Source: a virus
IMG/VR virus record: IMGVR_UViG_3300042520_001767
Span: 64,001 to 128,000 of that record
Reading direction: 5' to 3' (one strand)
DNA length: 64,000 nt
Under the pieces are notes generated by a model. It was not told the origin of the DNA, did not search any database, and worked only from the letters and a program-made list of their open reading frames with translations. Below, piece after piece: positions 47,673 through 55,610 of the stretch. A program made the translations under genes and the position numbers. The stretch's first letter is position 1, and each line of letters begins with the position of its first letter.

Positions 47673-49112
47673 ATGTCATTATTAGAAAAAAAACAAAAAG
47701 TTTTTGGTGAAATAGCAGCCGCTAGAACATTAACCGAAGGAATGCCAAAGATGTACAAAAATTCATCTTTCCCTTCGATTAATAATAAAGGTGACACTAT
47801 CACATTTTTAACTGATTTAATACAATCTTTAATTGGGTATATAGCTTTAATTAATGTTATTGTAGATATATTAACCCATCAGCTAGAAAAAATTGAAAGA
47901 GAAATTAAAAAAGCTCTTAAAACTGAATTAAAATCAATTGTAAGTTGTGGTGTTGACCCTAGTTTACCTAGCTTCATTAAATCTAAAGGTATAATAATCG
48001 AAGTTAAAAAAATTGATTTTTTAAATCTTTTTAAAATAGATGCAACAACTAAAGTTGGTGGTTTACTATATAATGACGTAACAACACCATTAGTTGATTC
48101 TTCTGATTTTAATACATTTCTTTACGGTGTAATACAAGGAGATGGGGCAACATATACTTGGAAAGATAAAAATGGTGTTGGATTATTTGATATAACTTTT
48201 AACTCTATCGGTGATTCTACTAGACCAAACAATTCTTTAACTATTAAATCAAATGCAGATTATAATTCAAAAACACTTAGCGATTTAAATAATAATTTTA
48301 TCGATTCACTTACATTGTTTAATTCAGCTAATATCCTAAGTAGAATTATCGACACCATTTTCGGTTCAATTTCTTTTCAAATTAAAAAACCTAGACTCCA
48401 ATTAGAAATGGAAGAAAAGGTAAATAAAATTGTTGATAAATTGGTAGATGAAGATATAAACGCAAAAGAAAGTGATTCTAATGATGACACTTTTTTTACT
48501 TTTAGTAATGACGAAATATCAATTATTGAAAGACGTTCTAGTGAAAGACAAAGAGGTGTTATCAAGATAAAAACATCAGAAACAATTGATGGTTCTATCC
48601 CAGTATCTACACTCACCAATTTTAATGATTCATTATCTACAACTACAACAATACAAGAAAAAAAATACGTAATATCAACTAGTCTAGATAACATGGCTAA
48701 TCAAAGTACCAGTAATGTTAAATTAAATGTAGATAAAGGTTCTGTTAAATTAAATTTTTTCCAATTAATTATTACGAATATTATTAAATCTATTGTGGGT
48801 GTTATCCTATCACCTAAAGTTGTTTTTATTTTTTTAATAAATTATAACATAATTTACGGACCAGATGTTAAATTTAATGATTCAGTTGATTTTATTAAAA
48901 AGTGTAAAAACTTATTCAAACAAATAATTAAAAGAATTTCTGGGTTGATAATTAAAATACTATTATCAATTGCTTTACAAAAAATAGCAAAACTAGTGGG
49001 TGATGCCGTAGCTAAAAAAAACACGGAAAAAATAAAAAATAAAAAATCTCAGTTATTAAGTCTTGTTGGTGTATCACAAGATATTTTGAGAACAATTAAA
49101 GGATTAACATAA
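47673..49112 (+). CDS. Hypothetical, probably baseplate-associated protein
   Basis: 479-aa ORF in the same unit as the gp5-like gene. Confidence 0.6.
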   Translation: MSLLEKKQKVFGEIAAARTLTEGMPKMYKNSSFPSINNKGDTITFLTDLIQSLIGYIALINVIVDILTHQLEKIEREIKKALKTELKSIVSCGVDPSLPSFIKSKGIIIEVKKIDFLNLFKIDATTKVGGLLYNDVTTPLVDSSDFNTFLYGVIQGDGATYTWKDKNGVGLFDITFNSIGDSTRPNNSLTIKSNADYNSKTLSDLNNNFIDSLTLFNSANILSRIIDTIFGSISFQIKKPRLQLEMEEKVNKIVDKLVDEDINAKESDSNDDTFFTFSNDEISIIERRSSERQRGVIKIKTSETIDGSIPVSTLTNFNDSLSTTTTIQEKKYVISTSLDNMANQSTSNVKLNVDKGSVKLNFFQLIITNIIKSIVGVILSPKVVFIFLINYNIIYGPDVKFNDSVDFIKKCKNLFKQIIKRISGLIIKILLSIALQKIAKLVGDAVAKKNTEKIKNKKSQLLSLVGVSQDILRTIKGLT

Positions 49113-49516
49113 TGTTAGAAATAAATACACTTAGTAATATATTAAATTTAATTTTATCAGCATTCGCAATCCCAGATGAACCAGTTGCACCACTACCACC
49201 ACCATTAATTGTTGTGGGGGCTCAACTAAGACCAGGCATGTCATCGCAAGCAATTGCAGCTAGAATTATTTCCAGACAATCAGAATCTGGTAGACAAGTT
49301 GGTGATGTATTTGCTGATGGACCAAATGTAGATGAAACTATGGAATTAATTAGAGTAGAAGAAATATTAAATTCGTTATTAACAGAATCGGTTGTTAATA
49401 TTGCAATACCACCTGGGATTTCAGTTACAACAGTAGGTGTTGGTAATTTAGGTGCACCAGTTATTTCACAAGGTGTTACAACAACTATTGCAGTTGGGAA
49501 TGGAATAATTAGATAA
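49112..49516 (+). CDS. Hypothetical structural protein
   Basis: 134-aa coupled ORF with Gly/Val/Thr-rich beta C-terminus. Confidence 0.6.
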   Translation: MLEINTLSNILNLILSAFAIPDEPVAPLPPPLIVVGAQLRPGMSSQAIAARIISRQSESGRQVGDVFADGPNVDETMELIRVEEILNSLLTESVVNIAIPPGISVTTVGVGNLGAPVISQGVTTTIAVGNGIIR

Positions 49517-49525
49517 ATTTTTATT

Positions 49526-49714
49526 ATGGAAGAAAAAAAAGATAATTTAGAGTCAAAAACAAACAATGAAATATTATTCCACATCAAACAATTAGAATCA
49601 GACCATGAAGCTATTAAATTGAGAATGATATTAGATTTTGACAAATTAGTTGAAATAGAAAAAAGCTTTGACCAAGCAAATAGAATAATTTTAAAAAGAT
49701 TAAAAGGAGAATAA
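49526..49714 (+). CDS. Small helical hypothetical protein
   Basis: 62-aa ORF that fills the gap between flanking genes. Confidence 0.55.
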   Translation: MEEKKDNLESKTNNEILFHIKQLESDHEAIKLRMILDFDKLVEIEKSFDQANRIILKRLKGE

Positions 49715-49715
49715 T

Positions 49716-50714
49716 ATGTATTTTATAGGAAACGGTACGAATAAAGTTTTCATGACAAACAGTGAATACAACCAAGACAATTTTAAATATTTAAAATATG
49801 GTGTTGTTGATTCGATTGAAGATGAAAATGGAATGGGTAGAATTAAAGTCAGAATCAACGGTTCACCAACTGTAGGTGGCGATGGTGATTTACCTACAAA
49901 AGAACTACCATGGGCTTTTCCGTTGTTACCAAAACACCTTTCAACAATCCCAAAAGTAGGTGAAGTTGTATGGATTTTTATAATGGGTAAAACTTCGCAA
50001 CACGCTGATAGACTTTATATCGGACCAATTATTTCTCAATTAGATAAATTAGAAAATGATAAAGCATCAGCTTTAACACCTTTAAGACCTTTTACGTTTG
50101 GACAACTAACATCTGGACCTCCAGTGTTAAGCGACAACACAACAAATAAAATTATACCAGAATTAATTGGTGTTTTCCCTAAATCTGATGAAATTTCAAT
50201 ACAAGGTAGATATAATACAGATATAACCCAAAAAAATAATGAAGTTGTAATTAGAGCTGGAAAATTTGAATCATCTAATTCCAATCAATTTAAAATTGCT
50301 TTTAATAGTAAAACACAGGGGTTTATTCAAATAAAAAATGGTGTTAAAATTCCAATATCAGATGATGATGAAACAACAGAAACTGGTACTGTTATTAATA
50401 TAGTTTCAAGTAAAATTAATTTATTAACACATAAAAACGGGTCACCAAATATAACCTTAAACCAAGAGAACCTTATTAGTGATGAGGAATTAACCAATAT
50501 TTTAAAAGATGCACACCAATTACCATTTGGTGATATTTTATTAGATTATTTACGATTACTTAAAGACGCAATTTGTTCACATGTACACAACGGAAATGGT
50601 AACCCAGCCACTGACTTAACAGCTTCTGGAAATATACAAGCGATAGCCGCTTTAAAATCAAAAGCTGAAGATTTAGAAAAAAGAATGTTAAGTAAGAATA
50701 TTCGTATTAATTAA
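49716..50714 (+). CDS. gp5/gpV-like baseplate central spike (OB fold, no lysozyme domain)
   Basis: GVVDSIED..GRIKVRI..LPWA.P..IPKVGEVVWIF OB-fold; C-terminal SHVH metal-binding motif. Confidence 0.8.
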   Translation: MYFIGNGTNKVFMTNSEYNQDNFKYLKYGVVDSIEDENGMGRIKVRINGSPTVGGDGDLPTKELPWAFPLLPKHLSTIPKVGEVVWIFIMGKTSQHADRLYIGPIISQLDKLENDKASALTPLRPFTFGQLTSGPPVLSDNTTNKIIPELIGVFPKSDEISIQGRYNTDITQKNNEVVIRAGKFESSNSNQFKIAFNSKTQGFIQIKNGVKIPISDDDETTETGTVINIVSSKINLLTHKNGSPNITLNQENLISDEELTNILKDAHQLPFGDILLDYLRLLKDAICSHVHNGNGNPATDLTASGNIQAIAALKSKAEDLEKRMLSKNIRIN

Positions 50715-50751
50715 TATTTTTATATATAAGTTAACATTTCTATATTAAATG

Positions 50752-50760
50752 ATATTTATA
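50752..50760 (+). promoter_or_regulatory. ATATTTATA putative late-promoter motif
   Basis: 15 nt upstream of the ATG at 50776. Confidence 0.55.
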
Positions 50761-50775
50761 TATAAAATATAATCA

Positions 50776-52182
50776 ATGGTAATTAGAACCTTTTTCGATA
50801 AGAATAACACAATAGTTTACAATTCAAATGTAAATACTGGGTTAAACCCTATAACTGAACTATTTTATGGTGGTCCAGCTGGAAATAACAACTACAGTAG
50901 GTTTTTATTTTATTTTGATGAAACAAGAATTAAATCACTTTATAGTGGTGGTACATTCACTGATTTATCCAAACTAAAACATACTCTTAGAATGACAAAT
51001 ACAGGTTCTTTTGATAAGGAATTGTTAAATTCAACAATAGGTTCAAAAGACAGAACAGCATCATTTAATCTAATATTATTTAAAATCGACCAACCATGGG
51101 ATAATGGTGTTGGGTATGATTATGAAATCCCATTATTAACTTTTGGTGACTCAGCTTACTATGTGGGTGCGTCAAACTGGGTTAGAGCTCAAACTGGTAT
51201 TGAGTGGAATGGCGGAGCAGGTGTTTATTCTGGTTCACCAGCTTCTATCACTATAGCTTCACAACATTTTGATAAAGGTAATGAAAATATAGAAATGGAT
51301 ATTACTGATTATGTTAATGGTGTGTTAACTGGTGATACTAATTATGGTTTAGGTATAGCATATGATAGAAGTTATGAATTATTAAATACAACAGCACCAC
51401 AATATGTTGGTTTCTTCACAAATAACACACAAACATTCTACGAACCGTATATTGAAACAATATATGATAACCATATAAAAGATGATAGAAATAATTTTTA
51501 TTTAGATAAAAATAATAAATTATATCTGTATGTTAATTTAGGTGGTAACCCAACAAACTTAGATTCTATACCAATAGTTGAAATATACGACTATACCGAT
51601 ACATTGTTTTCATCATTCACTCAATCACAAGTAACACACGTAACAAAAGGTGTTTATTCTATTGATTTAATTATCCCATCAAATGGTTCAAATGATTGCG
51701 TTATGTATAATGATATTTGGAAAAATATAGTAATTAATGGAATAACTAGACCAGATATTTCTTTAGATTTTGCAATGAAAGATTCTACGGAATATTACAA
51801 TATAGGAACATCTGATAACCTACCTAAGAAAACTGCCGTAAGTGTTTCTGGTGTACAAAACAATGAGAAAATAAAACGTGGTGATGTTAGAAAAATAATT
51901 GTTTCTGCTAGAATACCCTATACGGTAGAACAATCTCAACTTATTGATGATATAAAATATAGGTTATATGTTACTGAAGGTAAATCAGAATTAACTGTAA
52001 TTGATTTTCAACAAATTGAAATGAGTAATAATCACTATTACTTATTATTAGATACTGCTAGTCTTATACCAAATACATATTATTTGGATATACTAGTTAC
52101 ATCTAATTTAGAGGTAACAACACTAAAAAATGTATTACAATTTGATATTATTAATCAAGTTGATATGCGTAAATCACAATAG
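50776..52182 (+). CDS. Virion structural protein, possibly with a DNRLRE/CBM96-like domain
   Basis: YSRFLFYFD, PWDNGVG, SNW..W..GAG, NYGLGI patterns; beta-rich. Confidence 0.5.
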   Translation: MVIRTFFDKNNTIVYNSNVNTGLNPITELFYGGPAGNNNYSRFLFYFDETRIKSLYSGGTFTDLSKLKHTLRMTNTGSFDKELLNSTIGSKDRTASFNLILFKIDQPWDNGVGYDYEIPLLTFGDSAYYVGASNWVRAQTGIEWNGGAGVYSGSPASITIASQHFDKGNENIEMDITDYVNGVLTGDTNYGLGIAYDRSYELLNTTAPQYVGFFTNNTQTFYEPYIETIYDNHIKDDRNNFYLDKNNKLYLYVNLGGNPTNLDSIPIVEIYDYTDTLFSSFTQSQVTHVTKGVYSIDLIIPSNGSNDCVMYNDIWKNIVINGITRPDISLDFAMKDSTEYYNIGTSDNLPKKTAVSVSGVQNNEKIKRGDVRKIIVSARIPYTVEQSQLIDDIKYRLYVTEGKSELTVIDFQQIEMSNNHYYLLLDTASLIPNTYYLDILVTSNLEVTTLKNVLQFDIINQVDMRKSQ

Positions 52183-52191
52183 ATAGAAAAC

Positions 52192-52491
52192 ATGAAAAAT
52201 CTTTTAAATTTTACATTACCAATAATTCCACTAGATAAAGCAAATCATTTTATTTATGGTTTTATTATTTTTATAATCTCAAGTTTTATAATAACAATAG
52301 CAACAAATCAAAACTCTAATTATACCACTTTAAATACAAATGTAATTTCATTGTTAATAACAACGTTATTTGCATTATTTAAAGAAATTAAAGACCAAAT
52401 AATTTATAAAGGTTTTTGTTGGCCTGATTTATTAACAACTATTATTCCTAGTATTTTGATAACGTTATTGGATTACTTAAACATGGTTTAA
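52192..52491 (+). CDS. Small multi-pass membrane protein, VanZ-like
   Basis: DKANHF..FKEIKDQ..DLLT with three hydrophobic segments. Confidence 0.55.
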   Translation: MKNLLNFTLPIIPLDKANHFIYGFIIFIISSFIITIATNQNSNYTTLNTNVISLLITTLFALFKEIKDQIIYKGFCWPDLLTTIIPSILITLLDYLNMV

Positions 52492-52493
52492 AT

Positions 52494-53336
52494 ATGAAAA
52501 AACTTATAAAAAAATTACTTAGAGAAGGTTATAATCATGTTAGTTTAGATTACGTTAAAAATAAAAAACCTAAATTAGATAGATATAAAAATTTTAAACA
52601 AAAAAATATTGGTGATTTTGTTTTAATTTCCGACATGTATAGTGAAGATGAAATTAAACGCTTTGGTCTTTTAGGTCAAATTTTAGTTTTTGATAAAAAC
52701 GATAATACCGAAATAGGTAATTCTTCTTTTGGGTTTAATGAAGAAGGTATCTTAAAAGCTAGTATTGATGTAAGACCAGATTTTAGACGAAAAGGTGTAG
52801 GTACTCAAATGTATTTATATATTGAAGAATTAACTGGACTAAAAATAACACCTTCACCTAAACATTCATCTGATGCTGAAAAATTCTGGAATCAATCAAA
52901 TAGACCATTTGGTTTAGATGAAGCCATTTCAGACCCCACATTCAACGAAAACTTCAATAGATGGTTTGATGGTAGTAAAGTTGTAGATGAAGCTGGAAAA
53001 CCTCTTATATGTTATCATGGTAGTAGTAAAAACATAACAACATTCAATACTAAACGTTCAGCTCAAGGTGTATTTTGGTTTACAACAGATAAAAATAAAA
53101 TATTATCTGGTGAATCTGGAGCCGCAGCCACCAATAAAATAATACCTGTATTTATCTCAGCAAAAAAAATAGCTGGTTGGGATGAATATGAGAAATTAGG
53201 TCTCGGTCAAATAGAAGATATGGGTTATGACGCAATAAAATTAGATAATGATTATATTGTTTTTGACCCAAGAAAAATAAAGTCAATAAAAAATAAAGGT
53301 GATTGGGGTATAAATAATAAAAATATTTTTAAATAG
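52494..53336 (+). CDS. GNAT-like plus ADP-ribosyltransferase (ART-PolyVal-like) fusion with MKKLIKKLLRE leader
   Basis: IDVRPDFRRKGVGTQMY (GNAT motif A); WFDGSKVVDEAGKPLICYHGS..FWFTTD..YDAI..YIVFDP (ART of polyvalent proteins). Confidence 0.78.
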   Translation: MKKLIKKLLREGYNHVSLDYVKNKKPKLDRYKNFKQKNIGDFVLISDMYSEDEIKRFGLLGQILVFDKNDNTEIGNSSFGFNEEGILKASIDVRPDFRRKGVGTQMYLYIEELTGLKITPSPKHSSDAEKFWNQSNRPFGLDEAISDPTFNENFNRWFDGSKVVDEAGKPLICYHGSSKNITTFNTKRSAQGVFWFTTDKNKILSGESGAAATNKIIPVFISAKKIAGWDEYEKLGLGQIEDMGYDAIKLDNDYIVFDPRKIKSIKNKGDWGINNKNIFK

Positions 53337-53339
53337 ATT

Positions 53340-53678
53340 ATGAAAAGCTTTATAAAAAAATTACTTAGGGAGCAAATGATTGATGGACAAAACATGAATT
53401 CAGCTATGCAAACTATGTGTAATAAAATTAGTGTTAATTCTTATCAAGAAGTTTTAAATTATGTAGAAACAGCACTTAAAGACGTTAGTGAAGAAACTAG
53501 ACATAAAGTTATGCAAAAAATACATGTACCATTAGAAAATTTAAAGAACGAAGAAAATAAAATCACAGATGAAATTAAAACAACTCATATGTCTGGAGAT
53601 AGTATTCCAGATGAAGCCAACACGTATTGGCATCAGATTCAATCAACAATTTGTGAAATGGGTCCCGATTTTCAATAA
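53340..53678 (+). CDS. Small helical protein with MKSFIKKLLRE leader
   Basis: 112-aa ORF sharing the leader with both neighbours. Confidence 0.7.
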   Translation: MKSFIKKLLREQMIDGQNMNSAMQTMCNKISVNSYQEVLNYVETALKDVSEETRHKVMQKIHVPLENLKNEENKITDEIKTTHMSGDSIPDEANTYWHQIQSTICEMGPDFQ

Positions 53679-53775
53679 AAATTAAATATAGTTAAGTAAA
53701 TATATTTAATACATAATTACTAATCTCGTTTAACAAATTTCATCTAAGTAATTTTTTTATTCTATTTTTAATATT

Positions 53776-54786
53776 TTATATATCAAATAAAGTTGGGTGT
53801 AAATCAACTGAAACACCAGTTAACGCTCTAGGGTTTTTTAATGTTCCATCATCTATTAATTTAGGTAATGCTTTTCTAGTATCTTTAGATTGCAACCTAA
53901 TCGACACACTATCAATATTATTATTTTTTAATGTTTGAATTAAATTCCTTAAAAAACCACGTCTTTTTAAATTTTCATCGTAATTACCAATTGGTTGACT
54001 ATTCATTTGAGTTATTGAAGCAACTTTTTTATTATTAAGTATTTTAATATCACCAAATGCTCTACCACCGTAATTGTCGGTATATTCCCAACTATAATAT
54101 TTCTCTTCACCAATTTTTTCATCGGTGATATCATCTAATATATCTTTAACTTTTGGGTTAATAGTTAATTTATTTTCATTTATTATATTTTCATTTAATA
54201 AACTATATTTAATATAATTTTGTAGTTCTCTCCAATCTAAATCACTAATACCCTTATATCCTTTATCTTTAAATAATTTATTAAGTTCTTCTCTAGATAA
54301 ATCTTTAATGTTAGTAACATAATTATTCACAAAGTTATTGGATAAATCTTTAGTTATTTTAACAACTGGCATTATATTACAACCTAATTTCATAGCTGAT
54401 GATGCTCTATGTCTACCCTCTTGGTCAGATTTACCATCAACATAATAACCTATTGGTGCTTTACTACCATTCTTCATCATTAAACTATATTTTTCAGCTT
54501 TCTCATCACTATAAGCACCACCCAATACATCAGCATATGATAAACCAAAACCATTAGCTATCTTATAAAGATATTGTTTTGGTTTTAAATATTCAATTTC
54601 TTGTAACTCCCTTTTACTAATAATATAATAAAGTGGGTGTTCTAAACCACCATAATTTTCCAAACTTTTCATATCAAAATATCTACAACAATCACAATTT
54701 TGATTTGAATTAATTGAATTTAACATCACATCAATATCATGGATATTTAATTCTTCTCTTAATAATTTCTTAATTACCTTTTTCAT
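53776..54786 (-). CDS. ParB/sulfiredoxin-like domain plus GNAT-like domain with MKKVIKKLLRE leader
   Basis: APIGYYVDGKSDQEGRHRASSAMKLG..MPVV (ParB G.HR motif); C-terminal LKRRGFLRNLI, weakly GNAT-like. Confidence 0.62.
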   Translation of the reverse strand: MKKVIKKLLREELNIHDIDVMLNSINSNQNCDCCRYFDMKSLENYGGLEHPLYYIISKRELQEIEYLKPKQYLYKIANGFGLSYADVLGGAYSDEKAEKYSLMMKNGSKAPIGYYVDGKSDQEGRHRASSAMKLGCNIMPVVKITKDLSNNFVNNYVTNIKDLSREELNKLFKDKGYKGISDLDWRELQNYIKYSLLNENIINENKLTINPKVKDILDDITDEKIGEEKYYSWEYTDNYGGRAFGDIKILNNKKVASITQMNSQPIGNYDENLKRRGFLRNLIQTLKNNNIDSVSIRLQSKDTRKALPKLIDDGTLKNPRALTGVSVDLHPTLFDI

Positions 54787-54789
54787 ATC

Positions 54790-54798
54790 TATAAATAT
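54790..54798 (-). promoter_or_regulatory. ATATTTATA putative late-promoter motif
   Basis: TTGTAGATATTTATA 3 nt before the ATG at 54786. Confidence 0.5.
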
Positions 54799-54806
54799 CT
54801 ACAAAC

Positions 54807-55490
54807 CTATAAAAGTTTCGTACCCTTGCTTAAATTATCTGGTCCCCATAATGGTTGAAGATTGCTTAATTTCCAACAATCTTTAAATCCAATATCATCA
54901 GTACTCTCAAATTGAAAACTATTCATCGGTATCTTATGGTCAACATGCCATTCACCATAATTATCCCATGTCATTCCAACAGTAAATAACGCTTCCAAAT
55001 GTATCATCAGTTCTTCTATAGAATAACCTAATAAGATAAAAGTAGATGATTTTTTCTTAACGTTACGTTCTTTTAAACAAGTTGAAACTGATGTACGTGT
55101 CCTAGCGGTTAAACGATATTTTGGGTCTTCTCGTCTACGATTTCTTTCATAATCTCTAGCCCATTTTCTAACTTTATCTCTATTTTCATTACGCCATTCA
55201 GTATGTTTAGCTCTTAAAGTATCACGATTTGTAATTGACCAATCTTTATGGTATTCACTTAATTTTTCTTTATTTTTTTCAGCGTATTTTTTATCAGCAA
55301 CAGCTTTACCACCAATATTTCTTCTTCCAGATGGTCCAAATTCAACACCATTTTCTTTAAGTGTTCTAATAACAATTGTTTTATGTATTCCCATACGTTC
55401 ACTTATTGATGGTGAACCCATTAATTCTTCATTATATAACCTTAGACACTCTAAGGTTTGTTCCTGTGTTAATTCTATTTTCTTTGACAT
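54807..55490 (-). CDS. Free-standing HNH endonuclease
   Basis: N-terminal HTH-like segment; FTVGMTWDNYGEWHVDHKIP..LSNLQPLW..NLSKG. Confidence 0.82.
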   Translation of the reverse strand: MSKKIELTQEQTLECLRLYNEELMGSPSISERMGIHKTIVIRTLKENGVEFGPSGRRNIGGKAVADKKYAEKNKEKLSEYHKDWSITNRDTLRAKHTEWRNENRDKVRKWARDYERNRRREDPKYRLTARTRTSVSTCLKERNVKKKSSTFILLGYSIEELMIHLEALFTVGMTWDNYGEWHVDHKIPMNSFQFESTDDIGFKDCWKLSNLQPLWGPDNLSKGTKLL

Positions 55491-55504
55491 GTTTATATTT
55501 TATA

Positions 55505-55535
55505 CAAAGATACGAAATATATCTCAATAAGTCAA
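55505..55535 (-). promoter_or_regulatory. Bacteroidota-type host-sigma promoter for the HNH gene
   Basis: TTGACT-N17-TATCTTTG on the minus strand. Confidence 0.65.
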
Positions 55536-55560
55536 CCATAAAACCGATTATTTATAAATA

Positions 55561-55590
55561 AAAAAGTCTAACCTTTCGATTAGACTTTTT
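55561..55590 (-). terminator. Terminator of the major capsid transcript
   Basis: Minus strand AAAAAGTCTAATC-GAAA-GGTTAGACTTTTT, a GNRA-loop hairpin with U tract. Confidence 0.85.
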
Positions 55591-55610
55591 TATTTATATA
55601 AGAAATTTGA

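Noticed and set aside
49700-49710. AGGAG Shine-Dalgarno-like sequence before the gp5-like gene
   Set aside because: A single case, explained by the K-G-E codons of the upstream ORF; it does not outweigh the general absence of SD motifs.
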